Part shown: positions 1 to 11,182 of the stretch, one piece after another | Layout of the letters: each line of letters begins with the position of its first letter | Numbering within the stretch: the first letter of the stretch is position 1 | Assembly: GCA_001643675.2 (NCBI GenBank) | Contig: LSRY02000014.1 | Coordinates: forward strand, 1,488,001-1,552,000 | DNA: 64,000 nt | DNA from: Monocercomonoides exilis PA203 | Lineage: Eukaryota > Protista > Preaxostyla | Reading direction: 5' to 3' | The notes under the pieces: model-generated | The model's database searches: none | Told to the model about the DNA's origin: nothing | Seen by the model: the letters and a program-made list of their open reading frames with translations, nothing else | Translations under genes and position numbers: made by a program

Positions 1-1067
1 AAGGAAGAAAGCTCAACGAGACAGCCGCAATTTCACTGGAAAGAAGGAAGGTGTTGGCAGGGGGCGGAGCCTGTTTGAGCTGAATGGGAAGACGATGATA
101 CTGCATATTGAAGTGAGTACGGTGTGTGTGATAGTTGTGGCGATGTCTGTGGGGTTCCACGTGCGAAAGCGTCTGCAGAGGAAGCAGCAAGATCAGCGAC
201 TTGTGCATCCCAAGGAGATGGCAGATGAAAAGCAGAAGAGCAAAGTGTGGAGTGGATGCTGAGAAAACATTGACGGAATTGAATGAAGAACTGGAGAAGA
301 AAGTGATGAGGAAGGACGGAGGTTCATGATGGAAAAAAAATGGAATGGAGGATGTGGAAAGGAAAGAGAGGATGGGAAGAGTGGGGTTGAGGAAGAGGAA
401 GATAATTCTGAACATCAAGTTGGAGAATTGTTTGGAGTTGCGAATAAGAATGCAGTACGGATGCTGGAGCTGCTGCTGCACTGTGAGTAATTTTCAGAGA
501 AAGTTGTGTTAGGTGTGCACAGGTGCCATCACATCCTGCGGAACGGGGAGTCCTGGATGCTGCTGATGAACTTGAACCCGTGAGCAGTGATTGTGAATGG
601 ACTGGATGTGGCGGTGAAGCAGGATAAGATCCAACGGCGAGGAGAGGTGCGGACGTCGGAGGAGTGGGAAATGCAGTCAAAGGCACATGAGATTTTCGCG
701 AGAGAAGACTGTGGGAAAGAAAGGAGGAAAAGGGAGCTGAGGGAAATGGGAGAGGCAGTGCGGCTGGCGAAAAAGAAAAAGAAAAAGAATAAGAATTAGA
801 TAAAGATAAAATAAAGATAAAGATAAAGAAATAGAAAAAGAAATAGCAAAAGAAGATGAGAAGAGGAGGAGGTGAAAGAAAAAAGAGGAGAAGACGAAGT
901 ATTCAATGGAGAAAAAGAAGAAAAAGAATATGATAATGACGAAGATCATGAATGAAAAAAAAGGAAGAAAATCAGAACCATCAAATTGAATGGAAATAAC
1001 GTGCAATAATTTTTTATTCTTACAAAGAAACATCACAAAAAGGAGAGGAACAACTTTCAAATGGGTG

Positions 1068-1297
1068 ATTCTTTTTGAAAAGTCGCAAATGTTTAATTTT
1101 CAAATAAATCAAAAATTTCATATCTTGATCAAATTTCGGTTCCCGCTCGTACAACTTCACAGGAATGTGTTAAATAGCATTATCAAATTATATCTTCCAC
1201 TTTGGTGAAGTTTCGTGAGTGCAAACAAAATTCTGATCAAGATATGAAATTTTTGATTTATTTGAAAATTTAACATTATCGACTTTTCAAAAAGAAT
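1068..1297. repeat. ~230-bp foldback palindrome (MITE-like), family shared with 60780-61001
   Basis: ATTCTTTTTGAAAAGTCG...AAATCAAAAATTTCATATCTTGATC at 1068-1130 is reverse-complementary to GATCAAGATATGAAATTTTTGATTT...CGACTTTTCAAAAAGAAT ending at 1297. This is why ORFs 990+ and 1157- share the peptide NFQINQKFHILI. Confidence 0.8.
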
Positions 1298-1880
1298 TTT
1301 CCAAATGAAAATAAAGAAACAAATTAAGAATACAGAAAACAAAATAATTAATAATTTTTGAAATAATTTTTTTTTAACATGAAACATAAAAGAATTTCTT
1401 TTCATATTCATGGACAATATTTCATTGATTCAATTTTTCTTTTAAAAACTCGCAATATTTTTGTTTTTGTCAAAACATACTATTCTTAACAAAAAGGAAT
1501 AAAATTTTTTTTGCAAATTTCAAGAATCATTATGGAAAATCATGAAAAATGTCTATTGAAGATAAAATTTTTTTAAACATAAATGCACACTGAAGTTTTA
1601 TTCTTTTCAAATATGAATAATAATGAAAATGCAAAACTGAAAATAATACTTCAAAAACTTTAAACAAACAAATTGAGCAATCTTGTTGCACAATTGAAGT
1701 GAAAGTTATAACCTCTGTGAAAGTGTGAAAAAGAACTGAAATGAAATAATATTTTTTAAGGTTTGTAGTTTGACAATTGTGCAGAAATTTTTTTCGAAAA
1801 TTATTAATTGTTGGTTAGTGTTTTATCCTTTTCAAAACATATTTCAAAAAATTGTTTGTTCCTATCAAAATAAAAATAAA

Positions 1881-1885
<5 letters not shown>

Positions 1886-1924
<39 letters not shown>

Positions 1925-1962
1925 GATGGGCACTGACTTTCGTGGACTCACATTTTCCAAGG
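1886..1962. repeat. Poly(A) tract followed by a conserved 40-bp motif (copy 1)
   Basis: A-tract 1886-1922, then CTGATGGGCACTGACTTTCGTGGACTCACATTTTCCAAGG; 31/40 ungapped identity to the reverse complement of 61121-61160. Confidence 0.7.
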
Positions 1963-2378
1963 TTACGCAGATGTTAAATTCTAGTGTATAAATAATTATT
2001 TTGTTTGAAATAATTATTATTTCGTTTGCAAATTTTCCATTTTGAATGCAAAACTTATCATGATGTTTGCAAAATTATAAATTTAATTTGAAAAAATTCT
2101 CATTTTGAATAATATTTGGTGTAATTAATAAATATATAAACAAATAATAAAAGTTTTTTGAAATTAACTTGATAACTGAAAAGAGAGTATATAAAAATTA
2201 TTTTTATTTGTTTTGACATAATAACTTATTTTCAAAAGAAGACGTCAAAAAACCCTTAAATTATTTTCAAATGAAAATATGAACCCTTTATAAATATAAC
2301 AATATTTACAAAAACATTGTTTTTCTTTTTTAACTTCATCAAATAAATTCTTCATTCAACAGACAAGTTAGAACAAAA

Positions 2379-5300
2379 ATGATAATTGTTTTATTTCGAT
2401 TGTGCATTTTGTTTCGAGGATTCTTTTTCAGTGAATGTTGTCATAACTGTTTTGATAGAAATGCAAAGAATGATTTTGATTACCAACATTCACCACAATC
2501 ACATTCTTTTCGTTGTCAAAAAAAAGCGAACTATCTGGATTATCCACTAATTTTCGAATCATTTGATATTGATGGAAAGACTTGTGTGTGTCCATCAAAT
2601 TTCAATCAATTATTTTGCCTTTTCAATTCCTCAATGGACTTTATTCATTTGAACTTGCAATCATGTTCAAAAACACATTCTCTATGTTGTGATTCGCTTT
2701 CATTAATGAATATCTTGAGTTGCAGCTTTTTAACATCATCTTCATCCTTGAGTCCAATCATCACATCATCAGGAAAAGTTGAAATGTCAGAAATAAATAT
2801 CGTTCTTGTGGATCATTCACAAACAATTGGAAACTCGATTGTTCACAGCAACAACTTTGGATCGATTGTTATAGCTCACTCAACAGTTGAAAACGTTGTT
2901 TTGATGGAATTTGATGGGACAATGTTGTATTCTGGAAAGGTTTCGAACGTCAAGATGGATCACTGCAGATTTCAGAACATTTCATGCTCCAATCATCCAA
3001 GAGGCGATTATAATAACAAACCAACATCCGAACAAATTGATATTTCTTCTTCATTTTTCGAAAACTGTTTTCAGCCATATTACGGATCAATAGTGTCTCC
3101 ATCCAGCATTTCTTTCATGACTAAAAACTTATCATTCAATTCATGCCAAAACAGCGTCATTTTTCCCAACGTATCATATGACGCCAGAGTGACTTTCAAT
3201 GAAGGAAACATTTCATTTATTGATTGTTTCTTCAAATGCACATCACCCAATAGTTCTGGTGGTGCTTTGAGCCTTGTTGGTGAAGATATCATCTGCCTTG
3301 TTTTGAGATGCCATTTCAGTGAATGCTCTTGTGGAACGCCAGATATCAATTGTGATGGTGGATCAATGTACTCCACATTGTGCTGCAAAGTGGAAATTTT
3401 AAATACAAATTGCACAAATTCAAATGCGTCTTTCTGCTGTGGAGGAATCACTTCCAATTCAGATCAACAGTTTTTCATGAATAACTGCTATTTTTTCAAT
3501 TGCCACTCTGAATTCTATGCAGCCATTTTGATCGAGTATCCTGATGGTTCTTTGGTTGATTCGACAGTGGTCTCAAGATGCAAGGCATCAAGAAATGCGG
3601 GAATGTGTTTTTATGCAGCAAATGGAAAAGGATATATTACTGATAGTTGTTTTGAAAATTGCGAATCAGGAGGATATGGGGCTTTAACATTCAGAATCAT
3701 TTATGGAATCAATCACGGTGGAACAATAAAATTCTGCTTTTTCAATAGAAATGAGGCAGATGATTCTTCACTTGGAAGAGATATCACGCTCATGGAGAGC
3801 TGGATTGGTAAACTATCTGATTCAGACATTGTTGAATGTTATTCAACAAGCAGCTATCCTCGAGTGGTTGATGGCACAAACAACAAGGATTATTGGCTTC
3901 CAGATGCTGTTGTATCTCTCGAAAGCCTTGATAAGTTGTTTGTTTCCTGGCTGAGAGGAGCAGACGAATCTGGCTGTGGATATCGAGCCAGACCTTTCAA
4001 GACCATTGGATATGCTTGCGCTGAACGGTCAACTCAAAATGTGGTTGTTTTCAGTGGACATTACGAAGAAAGCAGCATTTCAATTTATTCATTCAAAATG
4101 GAATTCTTTGGCCACAGATGCGACAACTCTGTTGTTCGCTCCAAAGATGTGATTTCAGGAGAGTCTTTGATTTCAGTGGAAAATGGAGAACTTATCATTT
4201 CTTTGTTCACTCTCATTCACGATTCTTCAACCTCAGCCAGTGGCAGTCTTTTGTCTGTGGATGGAAATGGAATGGCAAAGTTAGAAGGATGTGAGATTCG
4301 AAGTGAGTCTGAAAGTCAGGCACACCCATTCAGTCGGTCTTTGATTGAAGCAAAAGGGGAATCGACATCAATAATCGACAATTGCTTATTCCAGCACATT
4401 TGTTTGGAGGATGATCCCTTGATTTCGATGGGATCTGTGAATAATGTTGCTTTTTCAAAATCAGTGTTCGATGGCGTTGTGCGAAAGTCAGGAAACGGTT
4501 CATTGCTTGAAGTGACAGTAGACGAGGGTGAGAAATTGATTCTTGTGGATTTCAGGATTCGGAACTGCTCTTGTTTCGAAGGAAATGGTGGTGCATTGAT
4601 GGTGACGATGAAAGGTGGAAGTGAGGTTTCAATAGGCAACAAAAGCTCAAATGAATTCGGAAGTGGCTTCGAACATTGCAATGCAGAGAAAGGAGCAAGT
4701 GAAAGAGGCATTGGAGGAGGAATCGTGATGGACTGCACAGCTGGAGGGAAGGCTTTTGAATTTGGAAGCATCATCTTCACAGGGAATCAAGCAGTGTTTG
4801 GAAAGAATGTGTTTGTGGTTGCAGAGGGGCTTGAAGAGTTGTGTTCTCGCTCGAAGTTTGGCTTTATTCTTGATGAAAATTCACTGGATGAGCTGATGGG
4901 ATTTGAGGAAAGCGAAATAGGTGCTGCAATTCCTCTTGTTCTGTTTTGGAAACCATTTCCTTTGGTCGTGACTGTGAGTGGATCAACTGGCTCTGATCAT
5001 TTGAAATGCGGATTTGCTGGATCTCCGTGCAGATCATTGCAATATGCTGAAAAGACAAATTTCAGCTCTTTCACAAGAAAAATCAAAATTGTCCCACCTT
5101 TCACATTTGATTGTTCATCTGTTTTAGGAACAAGGGATTGTGAGATTTCTGTTGAAAGGAAGGGGACAGTGATTGAAGTTGTTGGGGATTCATCGTCGCC
5201 TGAGAATGGGTTTATTGAAACAAGAATAAATGCAACATTCTCAAACATATCGTTCTCTCTTCCATCCTCGTTACCTCAGAGCAAGCCATTTCTGTGCTGC

Positions 5301-8300
5301 ACTTCACATTCGTTGAATATCCTCAATTGCTGTGTCGTTCCATCTGAAAGTGATGTTGTTATTGAATTCTGCTTCTGCTGTGTTGTCAATGGAACAATGA
5401 GCCTTGATCACTTCGAAGTTTCAGACATGTGTTTTGGAGGCTTTCCTTTCATTTATGTTTGTGGAGAGAATGCAAAAGGTTCACTTGATTCTGTTTTTCT
5501 GAGAAATGTCACAAGATATTCGAATGATGGACTGGTAGTTGCTGAGGAAAGAGGAACTATTTCTATCCAAAACTCAGAGTTTTCATTCTGTGCATTGGAT
5601 AATTGCAGTGCCATTTTCAGCAAAAATGGAAATTTTGTGAATATCACAAACACTGATTTCTATTCAATAACTCGCCAGAAGCAAAATGGTGCTTGTCTTT
5701 GCATTTCGAGTGAAGACAACTCAGCAGCTGAATCAGTCAATGTTTCTAATTGTGAGTTTGTGAATTGTGGTGTTGAGTCAGAATCAAAGGGAGGAGGAGG
5801 AATTTATGTCTGTTCAGGTGATCAAATCTCATTTGCAGTCGAGCAATGCAGTTTCACTTCATGTAATGCACCGTGGTCTCAACAAGGCATCACAAAGGAT
5901 GGAAGAGGTGGTGCACTGTTTCTTGATTTGTTTGGCAAGAATCCCTCATTCACAATCGTTGATCCCATATTTTCAGAGAATAAAGCACAGCATGGCAAAA
6001 ACATGTTTCTGAAGTGCAACGATCTGAATTCCACTGTCACAAATGATAAGTTTGCTTTTCAATATGGACAGATGGCGAGTGATGAAACACTTTTTGTTGG
6101 AAGTGACACGAAGTTCTTGAATACTGATCTTTTCCGATTCCTCGTCAAATATGAAAATGGAACTGTGTTTGTATCTGAAGATGGGGATGATGTTTTGAGA
6201 TGTGGAAGTTATGAAGATCCTTGTAAATCCTTTTGGAAAGGGATGAAGCAAATCAAGTCCGATTCTGATGAAAAGAAAATAACGCTGAAAGGAGAGTGTT
6301 CAATCAGTGACGAATTTGGTATTTCTGATTTGGCAGTTGAATCATCAACAAGCACAATTGATGAACCTGAGATGAGCACTTTGATGTTTGAGAATGTGTC
6401 TCCCGATAAAAATGTTCTGTTGAATGTTAATCACAAGGTGACAATTAATCACATTCGAATATCCACAAGCTCAGATTTTGTATGCCTGAATGATGCTCTC
6501 ATTTCCTGCCTGAATGGGAACATCACAATACTGAGTTGTCAGTTCCACTCACTTGTGCCGCACATAAATCCTCTTTCAGTTGCATATGTCCATATTTTTG
6601 AGGGATTTTTGATGATTCAAGATTTGAAAGTGGACTCTATAAACATTGGACGAAGCATGATCAAGATTTCAAACAAAGTGAATGTTGGGATAATTGATAT
6701 GACAGTTCAATCAGTGAATCTGACTGATGGAAGTCTGATCAATGTTGTTTCTATTCCCACAGATGAAAGAAATGAGGAGAAAAAACAGATTCAAATCAAC
6801 TCTTCCTCTTTTCTTTCAGTGAACGGAAAGAATAATGAGAGCCGTGTTCTGAGTTGCTTTGACTCCACAAACACAAACATTTTCATAGGAACATCGAACT
6901 TTTCTGGATGCCTGTCACCAGAAACACAAAAAGGAGGATGCATTCTCATTGAACTGAGCAAGGGTGGAAATTTCCATTTTAAAGAATCCGTCGTTGAAAT
7001 GAGTGGGTGCTCAACATCAAATGGAAGGGGAGGTGGGCTTTATCTGAGAACAAAACTCGCAGCGAAGCTCAGCATCCAGATTGAACCAATGAAGTTTGAA
7101 GCCAATACAGCCTTTGTTGGGAGAGACATATTCATTGAATGCAAAGATCTGAACACACAACTGAACGAGACAATGTTCAAAATGGATTTTGATCCAAGTG
7201 TTTTTGTTCATGTGAATGCTATGTATGGGATTGACAAAAACGAATACTCATCTGAACCTGTTAATCTTCTCGACTTCATTCTCATTTATCAGTCAGACAC
7301 AGTTATTGTGAGCTCAGAACAGGGCAAAGGAGGGAAAGATACAAAGCAATGTGGAACAGCTGCTCTTCCTTGTGCCACTATAGGCTACTCCCTCATCCAT
7401 TTGACTCACAAAGTGGATAGCAGGCTTCTTGTTGACTTGCAGAGTGTGATCGACTGCAAAATCGAACTCTGTGATGTGACCTTGATGTCACGAAAGAAAA
7501 CAGCAGCTTCAGTTGAAATAGAAGAAATCACGGAAATGGAAAAGAGCTGCATTGTTAATTGTTCTGGATCTGTTGTTATGAAGCTGATTTCTTTCTGCTT
7601 CCCCACAGAAATGACAACAGTCCACTCCTCATTCTTGTATTCAGAGCATGCAGCTCTCTTTATTGAATATTGTAAATTCTCAGGAAAGACAAGCATAGAT
7701 AAGTCCCACATTTCGTTTGCTCTCGTGGAGCTCGTTGATTCAGAATTGAGTATTTTTGATCTGTTGATTGAAAACATCTCTGTTGCTCACCCTTTTCTGA
7801 TTTGCATTCACTCGTTTTGTGGGAATTTGTCTCTCTGCAAGGTCAGAGTTAATTCTGTTCAAGTCGAGAAGAATGTGGTTTTTGTTAAAGGGATAGAAAA
7901 TGTTGACGCCGATTTGGCTGATGAATCTTTCGATTTTCTCCACTCAAAGTTCGAGAATATCAGCATTTCTGGTGAACAATCAACAGTGATCAATGTTGGC
8001 AAATGTGAACAAAAAATAAGTTGTGCAAATATATCTGTCGTTCACAAAAGTGTTGCAAACAAGAAAGGATGTGCTTTGACAATGAGTTCATGCCAAAACA
8101 TTTCTCTGGATTCATGTTTGTTTGATGGAATTGCGGATGTTAACGATAAATGGGATGAATGTGATGAGTCGAATGCTGTGCAGGATGATGTCTGCAGATG
8201 GAACGGATCAATGGTGGAACTTGAAAACACATCAGCAACAGTGAAAGACACCATCGTATCAAACGCCTCAAATGGAGGGTTGTCTGTGAGAGGCGGAAGC

Positions 8301-10280
8301 GTTTTCATTGAAATGGTGTTGTTCACGAATAACAATCCAAGATTCACAAAATACCCATCGCTCAGAAGAAATATTCTCTGCTCGGATTCAGGAGTGTTGA
8401 ATGTGATGAGTCTGAAAGGAGGAGATGGAGTTTTGCCAAACACTTCACTTTGGATGTTGAATGAAGGATGTGAATTGAGCGGGATTATTACCGAGAGATT
8501 GTCATCCTTCTTCATTCCAGAGTTGGAAATAGTCGAAATGGAAGAGATGGGAGCAGAACTTCTTCTGAGGTTCAAGGGAAAGCTGTTGCTTCCATGCAAC
8601 GTATCGTTCAAGATTGTGAAACAAGTTGGTGATGAAGATGTTGTGGAAAGATATGAATTCAATGAAGAAGGATGTGTATCAGAAAATGAAGTGGATGGAA
8701 AAGTCCCCATTGAGACAATAAATAATGCAGGAGAAGAGACAGAAGTGAGTGTGAGTCTTCTGTTTGGAAAGAAAGAATCTCCTTCATCGACTGATTCATT
8801 TGTTCTGAAGAACAGAAGTGAAACAAAAGAAAAGGGAGATGACAGAATTGTTGAAGGAGGGAAAGAGGGAAAATCATTTTGGCCGATTATCGTGATTGTG
8901 CTTGTTGTGATATTGTTGATAATTCTAATCTCACTCGTGATATTCATTGTTCGGTGGAAGAAGGTGAAGGAAAGAAATGAAGAATTGCAAGAGATTGTGA
9001 ATGACAACATCAGAAAAGATCCGAAGGCATTTGAGATGGTGACGATGGAGATGTCGCCTGAGGAGCAGTGGCGGAGAGCAGAGAGAGAAGCGGAGAAGAA
9101 GAACGATGAGAGGATGAAAAAGAGGGTGTATGAGACGAATATGGAACATTCTGAGTCATCAGAACACCTTCTTTCTGAGAGTGGTTCAACCGAATACATC
9201 TTGGGAAGAGATTCAGACAAGATCCCTCAATGGATGCTGGAGAAGGTTGAGGAAGAAGAGACAAGAAAGCAGACTCCATCGCCATCCATTTCATCTACTT
9301 CAACCACTTCAACAACTGATTCAGATTCAACATTTGTTCGTGGGGGGGATCTGTGTCCAACCACTTCATCCATGTCGAACTTGGTGGATGCAATGGCCTG
9401 TTCATCGCCACATGAGAAGCTGATTGTGGATTTGAGGGATTCACTGTTCATGCTGCTTCATGGGAGGAATGAGAAGAAAGAGATGGCGATTGGGAGTTTG
9501 AAGGAGAGGGAGATGACAGCTGCACAGATTCTGTTCTGGGTGGCGAATGGAGCACTCCATTCATTTGATGAAGAAAAAGAATTGCATTCGCTGGCCAATC
9601 TGAGTCCTCACATTGTGCTGTTCTCTGAGCACATGGTGATCTGCATTGCCCTCCACTCCGACTGCTCATCTTCAGATGATTCTGATTCATCATCCATCTG
9701 TTCGATGTCCATTGTTTCTTCATCCTCATCGAATGTTTCAGTGATGAGCGAGAGATTCACCGACTCACCACCACCTTCATCAGCGTTTGAGGATTGTGAA
9801 GACAACAGGAAGGAGTGTTTGAGGTGGAAGGCGCCTGAGCTGCTGGTGAACAAGAAGATGGGAGCAACAAAGGAGTCGGTGGCATTCTCGATTGGGATGA
9901 TGCTGTGGGAGTGTCTGACACTGGATATCCCGTTTGGAGAATACGAGGCAGAGGTGGCAGGAGATAAGATATCGAAAGGGGAGAGGCCGAATGTTGAGAA
10001 GATCCGAGGGAGTGAACTGTATGAGGTTGTTTGGTCATCGATGGGAAAGGACTGGAACGATCGTCCGACACTGAGCGAGATGAAGCGGGAGTTTTATGGG
10101 CATTTCCCGGCAGGGGCTGTGATTGTGACGATGTCGGATGCGATCTGTGAAAGGGATGGGGGGAGCACGAGAGAGGGGGAAGGCAGCTTTGTGAGTGGGG
10201 AAGAAGGCTTTTCGACAGTTTTTGAGAACACATCAGAGGGGACAAAGAAGACAGAAAAGCAGGAGATGAAAGAGCAGTGA
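2379..10280 (+). CDS. Giant type-I membrane receptor-like protein (Cys-rich beta-helix-like ectodomain, TM, degenerate kinase-like tail), 2633 aa; 'gene 1'
   Basis: Single long ORF with a hydrophobic N-terminus. Repeated GG(A/G)-hydrophobic and FxxC/FxxN motifs typical of right-handed beta-helix/Pmp-like repeats. Four V(S)xxGxD..CG....PC modules. TM helix FWPIIVIVLVVILLIILISLVIFIV followed by RWKK. C-lobe kinase motifs RWKAPE, FSIGMMLWE, IPF, GERP. Confidence 0.9.
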   Translation: MIIVLFRLCILFRGFFFSECCHNCFDRNAKNDFDYQHSPQSHSFRCQKKANYLDYPLIFESFDIDGKTCVCPSNFNQLFCLFNSSMDFIHLNLQSCSKTHSLCCDSLSLMNILSCSFLTSSSSLSPIITSSGKVEMSEINIVLVDHSQTIGNSIVHSNNFGSIVIAHSTVENVVLMEFDGTMLYSGKVSNVKMDHCRFQNISCSNHPRGDYNNKPTSEQIDISSSFFENCFQPYYGSIVSPSSISFMTKNLSFNSCQNSVIFPNVSYDARVTFNEGNISFIDCFFKCTSPNSSGGALSLVGEDIICLVLRCHFSECSCGTPDINCDGGSMYSTLCCKVEILNTNCTNSNASFCCGGITSNSDQQFFMNNCYFFNCHSEFYAAILIEYPDGSLVDSTVVSRCKASRNAGMCFYAANGKGYITDSCFENCESGGYGALTFRIIYGINHGGTIKFCFFNRNEADDSSLGRDITLMESWIGKLSDSDIVECYSTSSYPRVVDGTNNKDYWLPDAVVSLESLDKLFVSWLRGADESGCGYRARPFKTIGYACAERSTQNVVVFSGHYEESSISIYSFKMEFFGHRCDNSVVRSKDVISGESLISVENGELIISLFTLIHDSSTSASGSLLSVDGNGMAKLEGCEIRSESESQAHPFSRSLIEAKGESTSIIDNCLFQHICLEDDPLISMGSVNNVAFSKSVFDGVVRKSGNGSLLEVTVDEGEKLILVDFRIRNCSCFEGNGGALMVTMKGGSEVSIGNKSSNEFGSGFEHCNAEKGASERGIGGGIVMDCTAGGKAFEFGSIIFTGNQAVFGKNVFVVAEGLEELCSRSKFGFILDENSLDELMGFEESEIGAAIPLVLFWKPFPLVVTVSGSTGSDHLKCGFAGSPCRSLQYAEKTNFSSFTRKIKIVPPFTFDCSSVLGTRDCEISVERKGTVIEVVGDSSSPENGFIETRINATFSNISFSLPSSLPQSKPFLCCTSHSLNILNCCVVPSESDVVIEFCFCCVVNGTMSLDHFEVSDMCFGGFPFIYVCGENAKGSLDSVFLRNVTRYSNDGLVVAEERGTISIQNSEFSFCALDNCSAIFSKNGNFVNITNTDFYSITRQKQNGACLCISSEDNSAAESVNVSNCEFVNCGVESESKGGGGIYVCSGDQISFAVEQCSFTSCNAPWSQQGITKDGRGGALFLDLFGKNPSFTIVDPIFSENKAQHGKNMFLKCNDLNSTVTNDKFAFQYGQMASDETLFVGSDTKFLNTDLFRFLVKYENGTVFVSEDGDDVLRCGSYEDPCKSFWKGMKQIKSDSDEKKITLKGECSISDEFGISDLAVESSTSTIDEPEMSTLMFENVSPDKNVLLNVNHKVTINHIRISTSSDFVCLNDALISCLNGNITILSCQFHSLVPHINPLSVAYVHIFEGFLMIQDLKVDSINIGRSMIKISNKVNVGIIDMTVQSVNLTDGSLINVVSIPTDERNEEKKQIQINSSSFLSVNGKNNESRVLSCFDSTNTNIFIGTSNFSGCLSPETQKGGCILIELSKGGNFHFKESVVEMSGCSTSNGRGGGLYLRTKLAAKLSIQIEPMKFEANTAFVGRDIFIECKDLNTQLNETMFKMDFDPSVFVHVNAMYGIDKNEYSSEPVNLLDFILIYQSDTVIVSSEQGKGGKDTKQCGTAALPCATIGYSLIHLTHKVDSRLLVDLQSVIDCKIELCDVTLMSRKKTAASVEIEEITEMEKSCIVNCSGSVVMKLISFCFPTEMTTVHSSFLYSEHAALFIEYCKFSGKTSIDKSHISFALVELVDSELSIFDLLIENISVAHPFLICIHSFCGNLSLCKVRVNSVQVEKNVVFVKGIENVDADLADESFDFLHSKFENISISGEQSTVINVGKCEQKISCANISVVHKSVANKKGCALTMSSCQNISLDSCLFDGIADVNDKWDECDESNAVQDDVCRWNGSMVELENTSATVKDTIVSNASNGGLSVRGGSVFIEMVLFTNNNPRFTKYPSLRRNILCSDSGVLNVMSLKGGDGVLPNTSLWMLNEGCELSGIITERLSSFFIPELEIVEMEEMGAELLLRFKGKLLLPCNVSFKIVKQVGDEDVVERYEFNEEGCVSENEVDGKVPIETINNAGEETEVSVSLLFGKKESPSSTDSFVLKNRSETKEKGDDRIVEGGKEGKSFWPIIVIVLVVILLIILISLVIFIVRWKKVKERNEELQEIVNDNIRKDPKAFEMVTMEMSPEEQWRRAEREAEKKNDERMKKRVYETNMEHSESSEHLLSESGSTEYILGRDSDKIPQWMLEKVEEEETRKQTPSPSISSTSTTSTTDSDSTFVRGGDLCPTTSSMSNLVDAMACSSPHEKLIVDLRDSLFMLLHGRNEKKEMAIGSLKEREMTAAQILFWVANGALHSFDEEKELHSLANLSPHIVLFSEHMVICIALHSDCSSSDDSDSSSICSMSIVSSSSSNVSVMSERFTDSPPPSSAFEDCEDNRKECLRWKAPELLVNKKMGATKESVAFSIGMMLWECLTLDIPFGEYEAEVAGDKISKGERPNVEKIRGSELYEVVWSSMGKDWNDRPTLSEMKREFYGHFPAGAVIVTMSDAICERDGGSTREGEGSFVSGEEGFSTVFENTSEGTKKTEKQEMKEQ

Positions 10281-10797
10281 AAGTGAGAAGGAAAAGGAGA
10301 ATGTGAAACAAAAAATTGAAAAGAAATAAGAGATCAAAGGAGAATGTGATATTTCTTTGCATGGAAGAATTTGTGAAAGAGTTTGTGAGATGTGTTCTGT
10401 AATTTGGTTGTGGTATTTTCTTTTTCAAAGAATAAGTGGATATTGATAATTTGTTGAGAAGAGGAGTTTGTTTTATTTGGGATGGAAGTGATTTGATGAT
10501 CACAATCAGCTGCTCACAGGTCAAAGGATGATCGTTGCCGTTATTTGAAATCGAAATAATGGAAACATTTGTTTGAGGAGATGTGAGCAACTGACGGTTT
10601 TGTTCGTTTTGTTATTTTGGTTTGCAATTTGGATAAAATGTCAATTTGTTTTTGAATGTTTTTTTTTTTTTTTCCTTATTAAAATTCAATTAGAAAAACA
10701 AGTTTTGAAACTGAAATCGCAATAAATAATCCAAACACATATTTGTCCATATTGCATCTATCGATTTTAAAAATATTTTTGAATTGTGATGCATTTG
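8391..10797 (+). repeat. Left arm of 2.4-kb near-perfect inverted repeat
   Basis: Reverse complement of 11183-13588. Mirrored ORFs give coordinate sums of 21979/21980, i.e. one 1-nt indel. Identity breaks at GGAGTGTTGAATG (8391) and at GCATTTG (10797). Confidence 0.95.
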
Positions 10798-11182
10798 AAA
10801 TTAAATTCTTTTCCATTTTTTTGAAAAATTGAAAAACAATATATATTTGTATTAATTTTTGTTAAGAAAATTTTGAAGTATGATTTTGATTTTGCATTTT
10901 TTTCCTCAGATTAATAAATGAAAGTGTGTATTATTTAAGATTCAAATTCCAAGAGTTTTTCTCAATTAATTTTTGAATGATCTTGCTTACAATGATTGTT
11001 CAGAAATAATTTCTTACCATTTCAAGAAAATAAGTTTATATTCCTTAACTTGAAAAACTTGAAATCATCGATTCATGAAAGAAAAATATCCCATGTGTGA
11101 AAGGCGAATGAAATTGTTTTATAAATATACTAACTCAGCTGAAAAATCAGATTTTTCGAAATATAATTTTTCAATTTTTTAA

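Noticed and set aside
1-900. Purine-rich coding-like stretch with a hydrophobic segment (possible decayed gene end)
   Set aside because: Frames are short and stop-interrupted and no family is recognisable, so it cannot be supported.
1923-1962. Hammerhead ribozyme, tRNA or 5S rRNA identity for the 40-bp motif
   Set aside because: CTGAYGG lacks the CUGAnGA...GAAA core with flanking stems. No cloverleaf or A/B boxes and no 5S similarity.
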